Assembly (NCBI RefSeq): GCF_037042905.1
Contig: NC_087245.1
Coordinates: 41,232,001-41,296,000 of the forward strand
Direction of reading: 5' to 3'
Source: Lytechinus pictus
Taxonomy: Eukaryota
Length of the DNA stretch: 64,000 nucleotides
Numbering within the stretch: the stretch's first letter is position 1; each line of letters begins with the position of its first letter. Positions 50,075-62,434 of the stretch are shown here, piece by piece. The notes beneath the pieces were generated by a model that saw only the letters and a program-made list of their open reading frames with translations, did not search any database and was not told the DNA's origin. A program made the position numbers and the translations under genes.

Positions 50075-51452
50075 ATCTTTGAAATTAAAGTGAGCCATGT
50101 ATTCCTATTCATAGTTCCAATTATTTAAGTTTTTTTATGTTAGTAAGCTATACATTCATTTTACATAGATATAAAAAATATTGATATGAATATTTACAAA
50201 ATATTCATAAATTAGAAAGTTTAGTCCCAGAGACGTACTGTCTTCAATCTTGACGTAAGTGGGGTAAGACTAACACATCAGTAGTGTTCCTAATCCAGGA
50301 ACACTACACATCAGTTCCGTATATAGAGATGTCCTCTTCGTCAGAGGCTGTTCTCTTATTTTTACACTCATTTTCAGAGGACTACAAGTTTTTTTTTTTA
50401 GGAAAACTAATGCAACGGCCTTTGTCATTTGCGATCACCATTCCGGAGACTGTAACTTTTTCATTAAAATACCCACGCCACAAGGGCTTGGAAGTCTCAA
50501 TATTATACAACTAGCTACTCATTGATTGGAATAATGTTCGGCGTTATGGCGGGATACACTTTCATTACTATCGCAATACCAATAGATTGAGTTCGATTGC
50601 ACGGAACATATAGTGTGTATGAAAATTTCAATGTTGCATAATAAAAATGGCAAATTTATTACATTGCAATTGTTCGTTTGATAATTGCACACAAAGTTGA
50701 GAAATATTGTTTGCGATGTTTACTACAGTAAGTAGAGAGTTTTCGCAGTCACAACGCGGCCGCTCTCTACAACGCACCGAATCCTATGAAAGTGCAAGTG
50801 CAAGCCAAATCACAATGGACAGCTGAGAAGTTTTTGTCGAAAGTTGGTGGACCGAGACAGCAGATCGTCCTAAGATTCGGACCGGACGAACAATTGCAAA
50901 ATGTCGTTTGTCCAGCCAGAGTCCAGGACGACATTTTTGCTTTGATTCACCAATTTTCGACAATGGCTGCTTTGTCATAAAAGGGCTTTTGATAATAGAT
51001 TCTCTGTGTTATGGAAAGCGTCTGCGTAGTAATTGAAAAAATATCCTACTGTTCTTCAATGGACCCAGTAGCAGATATCCAAGACGTTAATTTAATTCAA
51101 GGCCATGGACGGCCATGTGCCATAGTTACTCTGTTGAGTTTCCATGATGCCCTTCTCATTGACCTCAGAAAAATGTACATAATTGAAAAGTGATAATAAA
51201 AACGGCATTGCCTTTAAAACATTGAAGGGTTATACGCATTGGATGAAAATTTCCACAAACCCTACCCCCAAATACCTAAAAATTAATCTTAATACCTTTA
51301 TTAAAACAGAAAAAGATCAGAAAAAAAAATGATGACCACCACAACAAAAAAGACACTTTGAGATCAGCTCGACTGTTTCGCTCACTCTATGACATTTTAA
51401 CCATAATTGATTTTTGTCCTGGAAAGAAATATGTCATTATATGTGGAATTAA

Positions 51453-51800
51453 GAGTCGTGGTGAAGTGGTTCTGACTCTCGCCTTGTAAACAGAGGGTCG
51501 TGTGTTCGAATCCCACCGCTGTTTAGCGTCCTTTGGCAAGGCGTTAATCCACACTTTGCCACTCTCGACCCAGGTGCTAAATGGGTACCCGGTAGGATGC
51601 GAAAGATATTGTATGTTTGAATTTGCCAGCGCCACAATGAGGCTGCGATGAATGCAAGAAATGCTCCCCAGGGAGTGGAAATTCTGCACTTTTCGTGCGG
51701 GATTTAGATGAATCCAATGACCGGGGTAATAATATGCTGAAACGCGCTTTGAGCCATTCTGGGTAAAGCGCTTTATAAATATTGGCTATATTATTATTAT
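51453..51800 (+). mobile_element. tRNA-derived SINE with Deu/Nin-type core
   Basis: A box tggtgaagtgg, B box gttcgaatccc, core ccactctcgacccaggtgctaaatgggtacccgg, tail aaagcgctttataaat...(TAT)n. Confidence 0.9.
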
Positions 51801-54733
51801 GACATTACATCCAGTAATCAGCTGGTAGATTGAGTGAGATAGATACATCCTTTCAAACTCTTAAAATATTTGAAACCTTAAATAAGGCACTTAACCACCA
51901 ATCTAACTTGGAAAAAAAAAACACGAGGCCGCCCTTTCTCTCATGGTTTGGCCCAAAACATCATAACATAGGTCTATTAAAGAAAAAATGTATAACAAAT
52001 TTATTCATGTTTAGATCAGGGTTTCTTTGTCTCTTTTTAAAGTAAAGAAATATCTTTCCCACCCCCCCCCCCTTTTTTTTTAACGAATTCCCATTTACGC
52101 TCGTACTCACAAACTTTCACGTGATTCATGAACACGTTCGTCGTCACGGAGAGACTGGTACTTATCATATCTCAGTGTCATAGAGCACATTATAACTATT
52201 GATCTCGTTAGCCGAAACCAGATCACACTTCATTATTTACAGTGATGGTGTGAGCTATCGTATTACCGAGATTTGCAGAGATGTTGCCGCCATTCGATCA
52301 ATTGTCATAATTTCATTTCGTTTAAAAAGTAAATATATGAAGCAGTTGATTTATCAAGAAAAATGTCGAGAGAGATTTTCACACTTTTCTTCTAATGGAA
52401 TAAATTGCTAATCTGGTCAAAGGAGGAATATACCACACAAGGTAAGCTAATAAAAAGTATACATCTACATCAAGTTTTGTATTAAGTAGCATTTGAATTT
52501 TTTCATTTTTTTTATTCAGTATATTCTGTAAGAGGCGCACCATAAGAGAATGAAGTAAAGATAAATCGAAATAAAAATGTACACATACAAAAAACCGAAA
52601 CAATATATTCTTTGTTGGAAACAATTACGAGCAATAATAAAAGGAAGAATATTTGTGGTTGAAATTTGTATATATGAACCTCTTTCACTGGGAAAAATGA
52701 AGCAAGATGTGTTTTTATTATCAAAAATAGCTTTTATATCTTCGTTTTTTAAATAGAATCATGACATTTTTATACAAAACGATTTTTTTATAGGTCACAA
52801 TCCCACCATTCTTTCATCTATGTGCAAAACATTTAAAAATGAATCATGTCGTAGTTTCTCTTTAGTATAATACTATGTTGTAATAAATTGTATTGTGTAT
52901 TAATTATATAAATTAAGTTGATTATATTACATTTTTTCTATCAGAAGACGCAATTGTTACCGGTTTAAATCCAATAAGATACTTTGATTAAGTGAACTTT
53001 TAACGCTTTTTTCATTCCACTTGGTAGTGCCGTCATTGGTTACTCAATTTGGGGTAACAAATTTAGAGTAAAACATACGAATGATTCAATTAAATTTCAC
53101 TTAGAAAGAGTGAAATTCACTCAACAACACGCGGAAATCACTCTAAATCTAGTGAAATTTATTCACCCCTCCCCTGAGGAATAAAGTATTCACGCGATTT
53201 TTAGAGAGTGGAGTATATGTTTCACAAAACTCCACTTTAAAAAGGATGATTTTACTCACCAACAAATGAAATACACTCATAATCTGGTAAAATTAATTCA
53301 CTCCCTCTCAGGAATGATCCGACAGTGGAATGTATATGTCATACAAAATTTCGTCACTGCTCTCATTAACATGATTAAGAGAACCATTATAAATCGTCAA
53401 CATAGAAATATATAACATGTTTGGTAAAACAATCTATGATCGTCGGGGTAACTCCTCCCGGGAGCCCCCGTGGATTCGCCCTTGATAATCCCTCTTATCA
53501 TCATCCTTCCATATCGTACCAAATAAAACTACGGACTCAGGTCAGATTTATCATTGTATGCATTAATCTTTATCAAGGTCGATATTCCACCGCTAATTCT
53601 GGGAGCATCCTCTCCATCGAAAAAGATCTTTCTGGTTTCCGTTTTAAAAAAATATGAAAAGAGGAAATTAAATCAATAAGCGGAACGCTATCTACACGAG
53701 ACTTAACTCGATATTTCTGCAAATATACAAGCACACTCGTGGCATGCATGCATCGACAAATAACCTGCGCATATTGTATTGATTTGTAATCATGATAATT
53801 CAAACTGGTAATGTGTATTCCCTTAGAGAAGGTTAACGACAAATGAATTCATTACTTAAACCCTGGACCTACAATTGACATAACTCCACTTTCCTCATAC
53901 TACATTTTACTCTTGGCTAACACCATCCGTAATTTATACCATTTCATCATTTTCTTTTCATTTTTTTTCATTCCAGAGGAAAGTAACGGAAACTTCTTTG
54001 ATTGCATATCTTTTCGCAATCAATCCAGCTTTTGGACGGTTCAGAGAAAATAATGAAATTATACCATTCCAAGAAACTACATTTATCTTTTTCTTAATGT
54101 AGGCCTAAAGTGAAAAGTAATAATGGTATGACATCGCATAAAATTTCACTCTTCATCAAAACAAAACAAACCTGCCAAGTGTATTTAAAAAAACAACAAC
54201 AGTGAATTGGGCATATATATGGGCACATGTCTTCGCAGGCAAACCCCATGCTTGGCTGGAAAAAAAGTATCTAGTGATTTTTTTTTTTTCAGACAGTGAT
54301 TTTTATAAAGAGGATGGATGTTATAATTGAGGGAAATAATTCTCCGATCTATTTCCTTTTTTCTCATCTAATAGCAAATTTCACTTATTTTACATTTACT
54401 GTGATTCCATTTCCACTGAACATCCCTGTGATATATTCAACTCTGTTTTATCATGTTACTGTGATTGTATTTTCTTAATAGATATGAATAAATCTCAACT
54501 CTCAATGTTATTGTGGTTTAGTGAAGGCTAACTCGTTTCGCAGTATAGGCCTATAATAAGTAGTAAAAATATTCATTTCCCAGGAGAGAGCGGAGAGGAG
54601 TTTGTTAAAGTTGCACTATTATTCATAGCTAATATCAATTATTTCTATGTTAACATCACGGTAACTCAGTGCAGTGAATATTTTTATTTTTTTTATAATA
54701 ATCATAATCTGAATCATTAATTCCGAGTTTATC

Positions 54734-55128
54734 TTATTATTATTTGTTTGGCGTCACCTGTGCCTGGGAGGCGAAAATCGAACTGAATCACTGTGACCCG
54801 CAGGTCTCTCCTCCCGATATAACTGATAGGGGGGGAGTGCAGGTGGACCACCATACCAGGGTTTCCCCCTACTCTGATACGAATAGTGCAGTGGGTTCTC
54901 AACGTGCAAAGGTGGTGACTCTCCTCTACACGGGGCCTCCATTTAACGTCCTATCCGAGGGACGGAGTTTTTTCCCACTGTATATCATAACCTGCATCTA
55001 TGGAACATGGGAGAGACGTTTACAGACAACGCACTGGCTTCATGCAGTCATCCGCCCGGGGTGGACTCGAACCCACGATCTTTGGTTCGACGGGCAGACG
55101 CGTTACCGACTGAGCCAACTTCGCGCTC
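54734..55128 (-). mobile_element. tRNA-derived SINE with V/Meta-like central domain
   Basis: Minus strand: tggctcagtcgg (A box), ggttcgagtcc (B box), then gtccctcggataggacgttaaa...gcacgttgagaaccc.ctgcactattcgta..agagtagggg, (AAT) tail. Confidence 0.85.
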
Positions 55129-55243
55129 TATTATCAACATAGATCTCTAATTATCAACATACATCCACATTATCAACATACATCGACATTATCAACATAC
55201 ATCCACATTATCAACCTACATCCACATCATCAACATACATCCT
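55129..55243. repeat. ~19-20-bp tandem repeat, ~6 copies
   Basis: attatcaacatacatccac units. Confidence 0.9.
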
Positions 55244-55821
55244 CATTTTTTATGTTCAGTCTAATTAAATTGTATCCATGGTGATTTTGTTTAGAAATCT
55301 ATTCGTGTAAGTCTGACATTACTGAAAGCGACTGCATGGTGCCGTTCCTGACGTCACTTATATTATACAGTGATCATGAAATATATATTACTGGTTGATT
55401 TCAACCTTCACCCATGTGTTTTGTAATGAATTACATGAACATTACAGCGTATGTAAAAGTAGTGATATATACATTATGATGTCCTGTGTTTGGATTGTAT
55501 AAGAAATTCGCTAATATAAGATGTTTGTGGGCAGAACGAGTTTGTACAAGCGCTAGTAAAACACTAAAATAATGTAGGATTTGTTGAAGCGAGATATATA
55601 ATTATCTTCCAAAGAAGGGCGAAAATGTGTAGATATCAATAAAGTTATTATGCTCTTATTGATTTGTTTGCTTAATTCATCTTATTTATCTTATTTATTT
55701 GGTTTATCTGTTTTACTTGGGGCCCTGTACAGTAAGCTACATACATAAGAAAGTTTTAAAAATGATAATAAATCATAATAAATGAAAAAAAGAAAAAAAT
55801 CAAGACAACGGGACTTATATA

Positions 55822-55822
<1 letters not shown>

Positions 55823-55908
<86 letters not shown>

Positions 55909-55950
55909 GGTGTGTGTGTGGGTGTGTGTGTGTGTGTGAGGGTGGGTGTG
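55823..55950. repeat. (TA)n(TG)n microsatellite
   Basis: Direct reading. Confidence 0.95.
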
Positions 55951-57695
55951 TTGAACATAAGAGCTTATCAGAAATATAAGATTAAAAAATAAAAGAAAAT
56001 GAACGATCTCTTTAATAGAAAGCATATAGATCTAACCAGGAAAGAAAACTACTTTTAAAAAAGTTCAGACATACTCGCAAAATGATACGCAACCCCCACT
56101 ATACAGATATTCACACAATTATCACACGGATTTCAGGGATTGGATTTTCACTTCATCTGCCGATTATGTCATGAATTTTAAGTGAAAAGGCCTTCGATAA
56201 ACGCAACTGCGTGGTATATTGGCTTATCCACCGACGTGGATGACAATATTTTGAGACATTAATGACATCATCAAGTGCACGCGTCAAAGAAATGTATACC
56301 ACGCTTGAAAATTTGTTTCCGTCCTGCATTTGCACATGAAGCAAATCATGCAAGTACCATTTTATAAGGTATAAATGTAAAGGTGTATAATACTTGCAAA
56401 AGTGATATTTCTCTTTCTTCTTCTTCTTCTTCTTTTTCTTCTTATTCTTCCTCCTCCTTCTCCCCCTCCTCCTCTTTCCCATCCTCCTCTCCATCTTCAT
56501 CCGCACTTTGTGGATTAACTTGATTGTACGTGTATTTCATTGGTTTTCAAAGTAAAGAATGAAGTGCTGAATCGAGTAGACGATTTGATTATGAGAAGTA
56601 GACTTTGGTAAATTGCTTTGCAACCCACCGAGACATCGTCGTGCATGTTAAGCCACCAGAGAAATAAAACATTTGTCATAAATTGTAGTTTGGAATAGGC
56701 CTGCATGGATCGTGGGGAGAAACTCCTGATTAACGCCGCGCCTGCAGGCGACCGAATCTAAACATTCACTTATAGCTGACAATCAAATTGAATGTCACAA
56801 TGATTACTGAACAGACCGTAAATAATTGGTTTCCAAAACGAGGTATGAAGTGCTGAATCGAATAGAATAGCTGGTGTGATTATGATTGTGAATTTACTGG
56901 TGGGGTGCTGAAGACCTGTCACAGCTCTCATGGCGGTGACTTTGGCTCGCTTTCAGACACAAGAACTCAATATCTGTAAATACAGACTATATTTTCCTCT
57001 GCATGCTGTACCGTTCACAAGCGTTTTATTTATCAACCAACATCGATATATACCACTCTCGCACCGTTAGTCGGAAATAAGGTTTGTAAGTGTAACAATA
57101 ATCGTCCATTGTAATCACTCATTTGGATTAATGAATTCTCCATTTTGGACTGCTCCATCTGTATTTTCTCGGGGATGGCGATCCCATTCGAGGTAGGTAT
57201 ATGGTGTTTATTTTCAGGGTTTTTTTCACGTTTCTTAAACACGTCAGCTCTGCATTAAAAAAGTCATTTTCAGGTGCGCTAATTTACATTTTGACGTAAG
57301 TAAAGAAAATTGCATCCCTTGTTTTACGTTTTCGTTTTGGCCGCGGAACTTTTGGGGACCCAGTGGCCCCCCCCCCCCCCATATTTATGTCAGTGACATC
57401 TTTAAAGATATTACTCTGGTACAAGTCAAGATTTTATAGATGCATTCGGTGATAATTCGCACTGTTCGAGTTTCATTCAAACTTTACAATATACATACAT
57501 ATACATACATACATATATAGATATATATATATATATATATATATACTTCGGGAATTCTATCCTTGTATAGAGTAATCGATGTCCTTCACAGGAAGAGCTT
57601 TGAATAATAAACACAAGTTCACAAGGTTGACTGGAGGTTCATCAAATTCAATTGCAACTCTGAGTTTCACGCAACCTACGTGAGGTGCGATCTTC

Positions 57696-57699
<4 letters not shown>

Positions 57700-57738
<39 letters not shown>

Positions 57739-57878
57739 CCATACCTCAAAAACGTATCATATTAACATTCGATGAAATCATTATGTAAGAATAAGTGAAT
57801 ATATATATATATATATAATTACCATACCTCAAAAACGTATCTTATCAACATTCGATGAAATCATTATGTAAGAATTAG

Positions 57879-57970
<92 letters not shown>

Positions 57971-58057
57971 AATATATTTATATATATATATAAATACCAT
58001 ACCTCAAAAACGTATCATATCAACATTCGATGCAATCATTATGTAAGAATTAGTGAA
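57700..58057. repeat. Three ~63-bp copies separated by (TA)n tracts
   Basis: taccatacctcaaaaacgtatc.tat.aacattcgatg.aatcattatgtaagaat.agtgaa at ~57737, 57820 and 57995. Confidence 0.95.
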
Positions 58058-60786
58058 ATTACGAATTACAACATTCTTTCACATAAAAGAAATGAATTTG
58101 TATTCGATCGCATATGATATTCCTTCATCAAAAGTATCGTGACAAGGCCTTGGCCAAAAGGTGGTTATCGTTGCGTTTACTTTCCATCCAGCAGCGTTTA
58201 GCCATTATAAAATGATGTATTTGTCACAATAATTGTAAATTGGGTTGAGAAATTTATCCAGAATAGTTCCATATATATATACAGTATATATATATCTACG
58301 GTAGAATACAGATATGGAACTACACTGTATTCTGTATTCTACCGTAGATTTATACAGTATGTACACATTGAATTGATTTTTTGTTCTTTCCACAGCAAAA
58401 CCTAATATCAAACTCTTGAATAAAGAACTCATGCCTAATATAGCTTAATAATTATCCATGCAAAATTAATTAAAATAACAGACTTTATTCTGGTTATTAT
58501 TAATCTATTATTTTATCTAAGACTCGTTGCATACCACACCACAATAGAGAGCGAAATTGTAATACAAGTTGTGGGGATGAGCAGAGCGTCAATGTTGAAA
58601 TAATCATCGTCCTCAATCTGTGCCAGGCCAATAATATCAATTTGCTAACCTATTTCCGCATGACTTCTAAAGCCTGTCGAGTTTTATTGGTAGTCGTTCA
58701 TAAGGCCTAATGGTATGACTAAATTTCAGTTGATACCATTAAAATACTGTTCAGAACAGTACTTAAATTGATGATAAGCTCCAATGGTGCATGGCGTTTA
58801 TAGCATCGGTAAATTCAGAAACGCAATAAGCCCCCCCCCCCCTCCCCATTAAAAAAAAAGAAATGAGGCGGCATAACTTATGGCGTATAGGCGAAATTCG
58901 TTATAAATTATTTCCCCAGCGACAAATACATGGTTTTTTTTTTAATAGAGTGATAGATATTGACCTAATTATAATCAAATAATATCACAATTCACCCCTT
59001 TGGGTTCGTTTTTTTTTTCTTGGTCGTTACTCCCCCACCCCCTCCCTTCATCTTTATGGGCATGGGAGGTCTGAATCTATATAGTACGGTGATCTTTGAA
59101 AATTATTTCCTTATATTGACGCTTGTGCTTATGTTAAAGACAGAAGACTAGTAATAAATCATTTTTATTTATATTTTTTTACTTTACTATAAATAAGGTA
59201 ACCACACCCTTTCTGACGAATAAGAAGACGCGACATGTTTAGCCGGGCCTTGAATCCCAAACCTCTGCTGTGTCAGACAAGTAATAACATCATTATCAGC
59301 GAAAGGTTTTAAAAAAATCAATGTCTAATGTCCATTTTAAATGATTCACTATAAAATTCATCTTCGGTAGATATGAAATTATCAAGTTCTTATTTGACGA
59401 ATATTGTCTTTAACATTCAGTTTTTTATATAGATACACACAGATACGCACCCCACACACCGTCCAACCAACACACCCATACATACATATATATATATATT
59501 AACGAATGGAGGAAGTGCACACGAAAATGATAAGGAGATAAGAGAGAAATAAACAAGCAAACAAATTAGTAATCACTCCAGGAAAGGATTCATTTTCTTC
59601 AAAATGGAAGTCTTCACTTCAAAAGGGATTCATATATTTTTACCCTAACTTTTAAAGCGGAGCGCATTTCCTTTCTGTACAAATTTTAATAAAAAAGTGG
59701 ACATGATGTGCCGCCTTATATGATCCTGCCCCCCCCCCTTGATTAGCCTTTCATGTTTTGCCTATAGTCAATGCTACCCCTCAGTTGCCAAACAAACAAT
59801 AATGATAACAAATACTAACAATAATCTAAAAGAGCGAAAAAATGAAAACATCAGATACATAAATACAAATAAAAAATGACTAAAATATGAAAAAATAAGG
59901 TTCCCTAATATACATTTTCTCATATTTCGCTTTAATTCCATCATGAGCAGGAACTTTGATCTTGCATTCATATTCATGTACATCCTTCAATAAGGGAGGA
60001 GTACGACGAGACAAAAAAAAATATTAAAAACAGACAATGCTACAAAGTACAAACTGACCCAAAATTAGGACAAATGATTAATCGATATGAAGGTGTTATT
60101 GTCCATTTTTAATTTGCATGTCTTTTCGACATGACATGGCTTTACCCTATGCCTTTATACAACAGTTCAAGTCAATTTGCGTCATCACACAAATGGAAGA
60201 TTAATCTTTATTGTGTTGGAAACGTTGTCTTGGTAATGATGCCACAACAAAATCAACCGAATGATGATATCAGATCAGCTTTGGCTGGCTTATCAAGGTC
60301 AGTAATTATAGCATGCATAATTCACCACCCTGCTCCATGTTAGGAGTTGAACAGATTTAAGACTAATTCACTGGACGCCATTGTGCATTGAAATTTATAC
60401 AAACGAAAAAGTATTTACCTTTAATCATGGTATCTCACAGAAAACGTTGCCAATTTTTATTCGCAAACTTTTTTTACGAGTGTTGCAAGTTTTAATGAAT
60501 GTTTGTTGGCGATACTAAAATCTATTTGTGAACTGCTTTAAATCGAGAAGAAATGTGTTTGCAATTTAAATCAGTGTGTCTATGTCGTCATTTGGTAGAC
60601 ATCATTGGCAAATAGGAGACAACTTAAGCGATATCTTCTTACAACCGTATGCAAATTATTGGTATGACTGTTTTGTGAACGTTAGCAATGGCTTGGGGGA
60701 AAAGAGATCGCATAGAATTCGAATATGTTCATTTTTTGCTACAAGAAAAAAAAAACGTTTGTTACAACAAGAAGACTACGTACGAA

Positions 60787-62434
60787 CAGTGGCGTAACAG
60801 GCGGGGGGCAGGGGGCAAGCTGCTTCCCCCCCCCTGGCGGATTTCACCGGGAAAATAAAAAAACGGGAAAAAGAAAAAAAGGGAAGGAGAAAGAAAGGGA
60901 AAGGGGGAGGAAAGGGGAAAAGGAAAGGAGGAAAGGGAAGGTAAAAGTGAAAAGAAAACGAATATTTTTTTATGGAAAATGTACGAAAGAAGAACATTTG
61001 ACAAAGAACAAATCATTCCGAAATAGGCTTCTCTAATGCAATAGCATGATGGGAAATAAATTAAAAGATGACAAAATGGCAAAAAATAGCGGGAAACGAA
61101 GGTAGAATGGAATCAGTAAAAAACTAAATTAGAAAACAAAGGAAAGGGACAGGATAAAAAATAATAACACGACCGGGCTGCCGAGGATTGAAAATAAAGA
61201 GCGGGAAGAAAGATGGACTGCATACAACATTGTGCTATAAGCTTGCTAAATTTTCTGCAAATAAGCTACCGGGGCTTCATCTATAACCATCAAATGGCTC
61301 ATAACGCCCCCGTTCAATCACTGGCGTACAGGCGCGGGGGGGGGGGGGTGGTCTTGGTTCCACACCCAAGAGGAAATAAACAAAATTATAGGAGATAACG
61401 TATAATGAAATGGATGGAAACAATAAAATGTGTTATTTGCTGAATATAATGTAAAAAACTATCACATAATTAGAATTTAATTTCAATACGCATTTTCTTT
61501 CCAGCTCGCTTTGCACGCTGGCGGCTTTTAACAAATTCAATTCAGTTCACTTTACTCACATCCATTAAAAAGGTACAATATACAATATTATATGAACAAT
61601 AAAAAACAATACATAAACAAATCAATATAATGACAAATAGAAAGAGTATAACCAACATGCAGTGGGTGTAGGATGTAAATTTTCCCTCATTGCTATGTTT
61701 TGCCCCCTCAAATATATTTGGTTCATTACACAACTAGGTTGAATAAATGTGTTGTGTAATAGCTATATTCTGTATATACCCGCGATTTGATTAAAATAGC
61801 GGCAGTCTGCGAGGTTTAAATGGCTTTGATATCAAGAAGTTCCGGGGGCTCCACCCCGGACCCCAACCACACAGCACTGCCGTATATGAGTATGGAAGGG
61901 TTGGGCCATTAGCCCCCAAAAGTTCTACAAACAAGAACAAAAAAAGGAGGAAAGAAAAGCAAAGGAAAAGTGTAGGATATCACTTTATTTACTGAATATA
62001 ATTTCAAAAATATCTCAAAGTTAGATTTTCATGAAAAGGTGATTTTTTTCTCGCTCGCTTTGCTTGCTCGGGACTTATATTAAGCAGCTTTAAAAGCACA
62101 TGTGTCATACTGCGCCTCTCGGTTTTTTTTTACTCTTCACGCTACTGCCGCAAAGAATCCTGTTCACAGTGGCGTACAAACCACAAAAAAGGAATGGAAA
62201 GAGAAAAGAGTAAAATATATTATTTTCTCGATATCATGTCAAAATCTATCACAAAATTATCGCTACTTATTATTATTTTTTTTTTTATAAATTCTGCCCG
62301 ATACGCAATATCTGGCCCTCTAAAAAAAGTCGCCTCATTACGCCTGTTCATACCATGATATGACCGGGAAATTTTTGGCTCTTGCCCCCCCCCCCCCCCC
62401 CCCCCCCTGGCCACCGACCCCTGTTACGCCGCTG
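60787..62434. mobile_element. ~1.65-kb composite hAT-like element containing internal MITE copies
   Basis: cagtggcgtaacagg ... cctgttacgccgctg; 8-bp TSD CGTACGAA; internal MITE starts at ~61319 and 62167. Confidence 0.85.

Noticed and set aside
50312..50348. Additional hammerhead (minus strand gcctCTGACGAagagg...ctct)
   Set aside because: No GAAA box directly after the putative stem II and no stem I partner.
50786..50980. 64-aa ORF MKVQVQAKSQW... as a protein gene
   Set aside because: No recognisable homology or splice context; better noted for its RNA structure.
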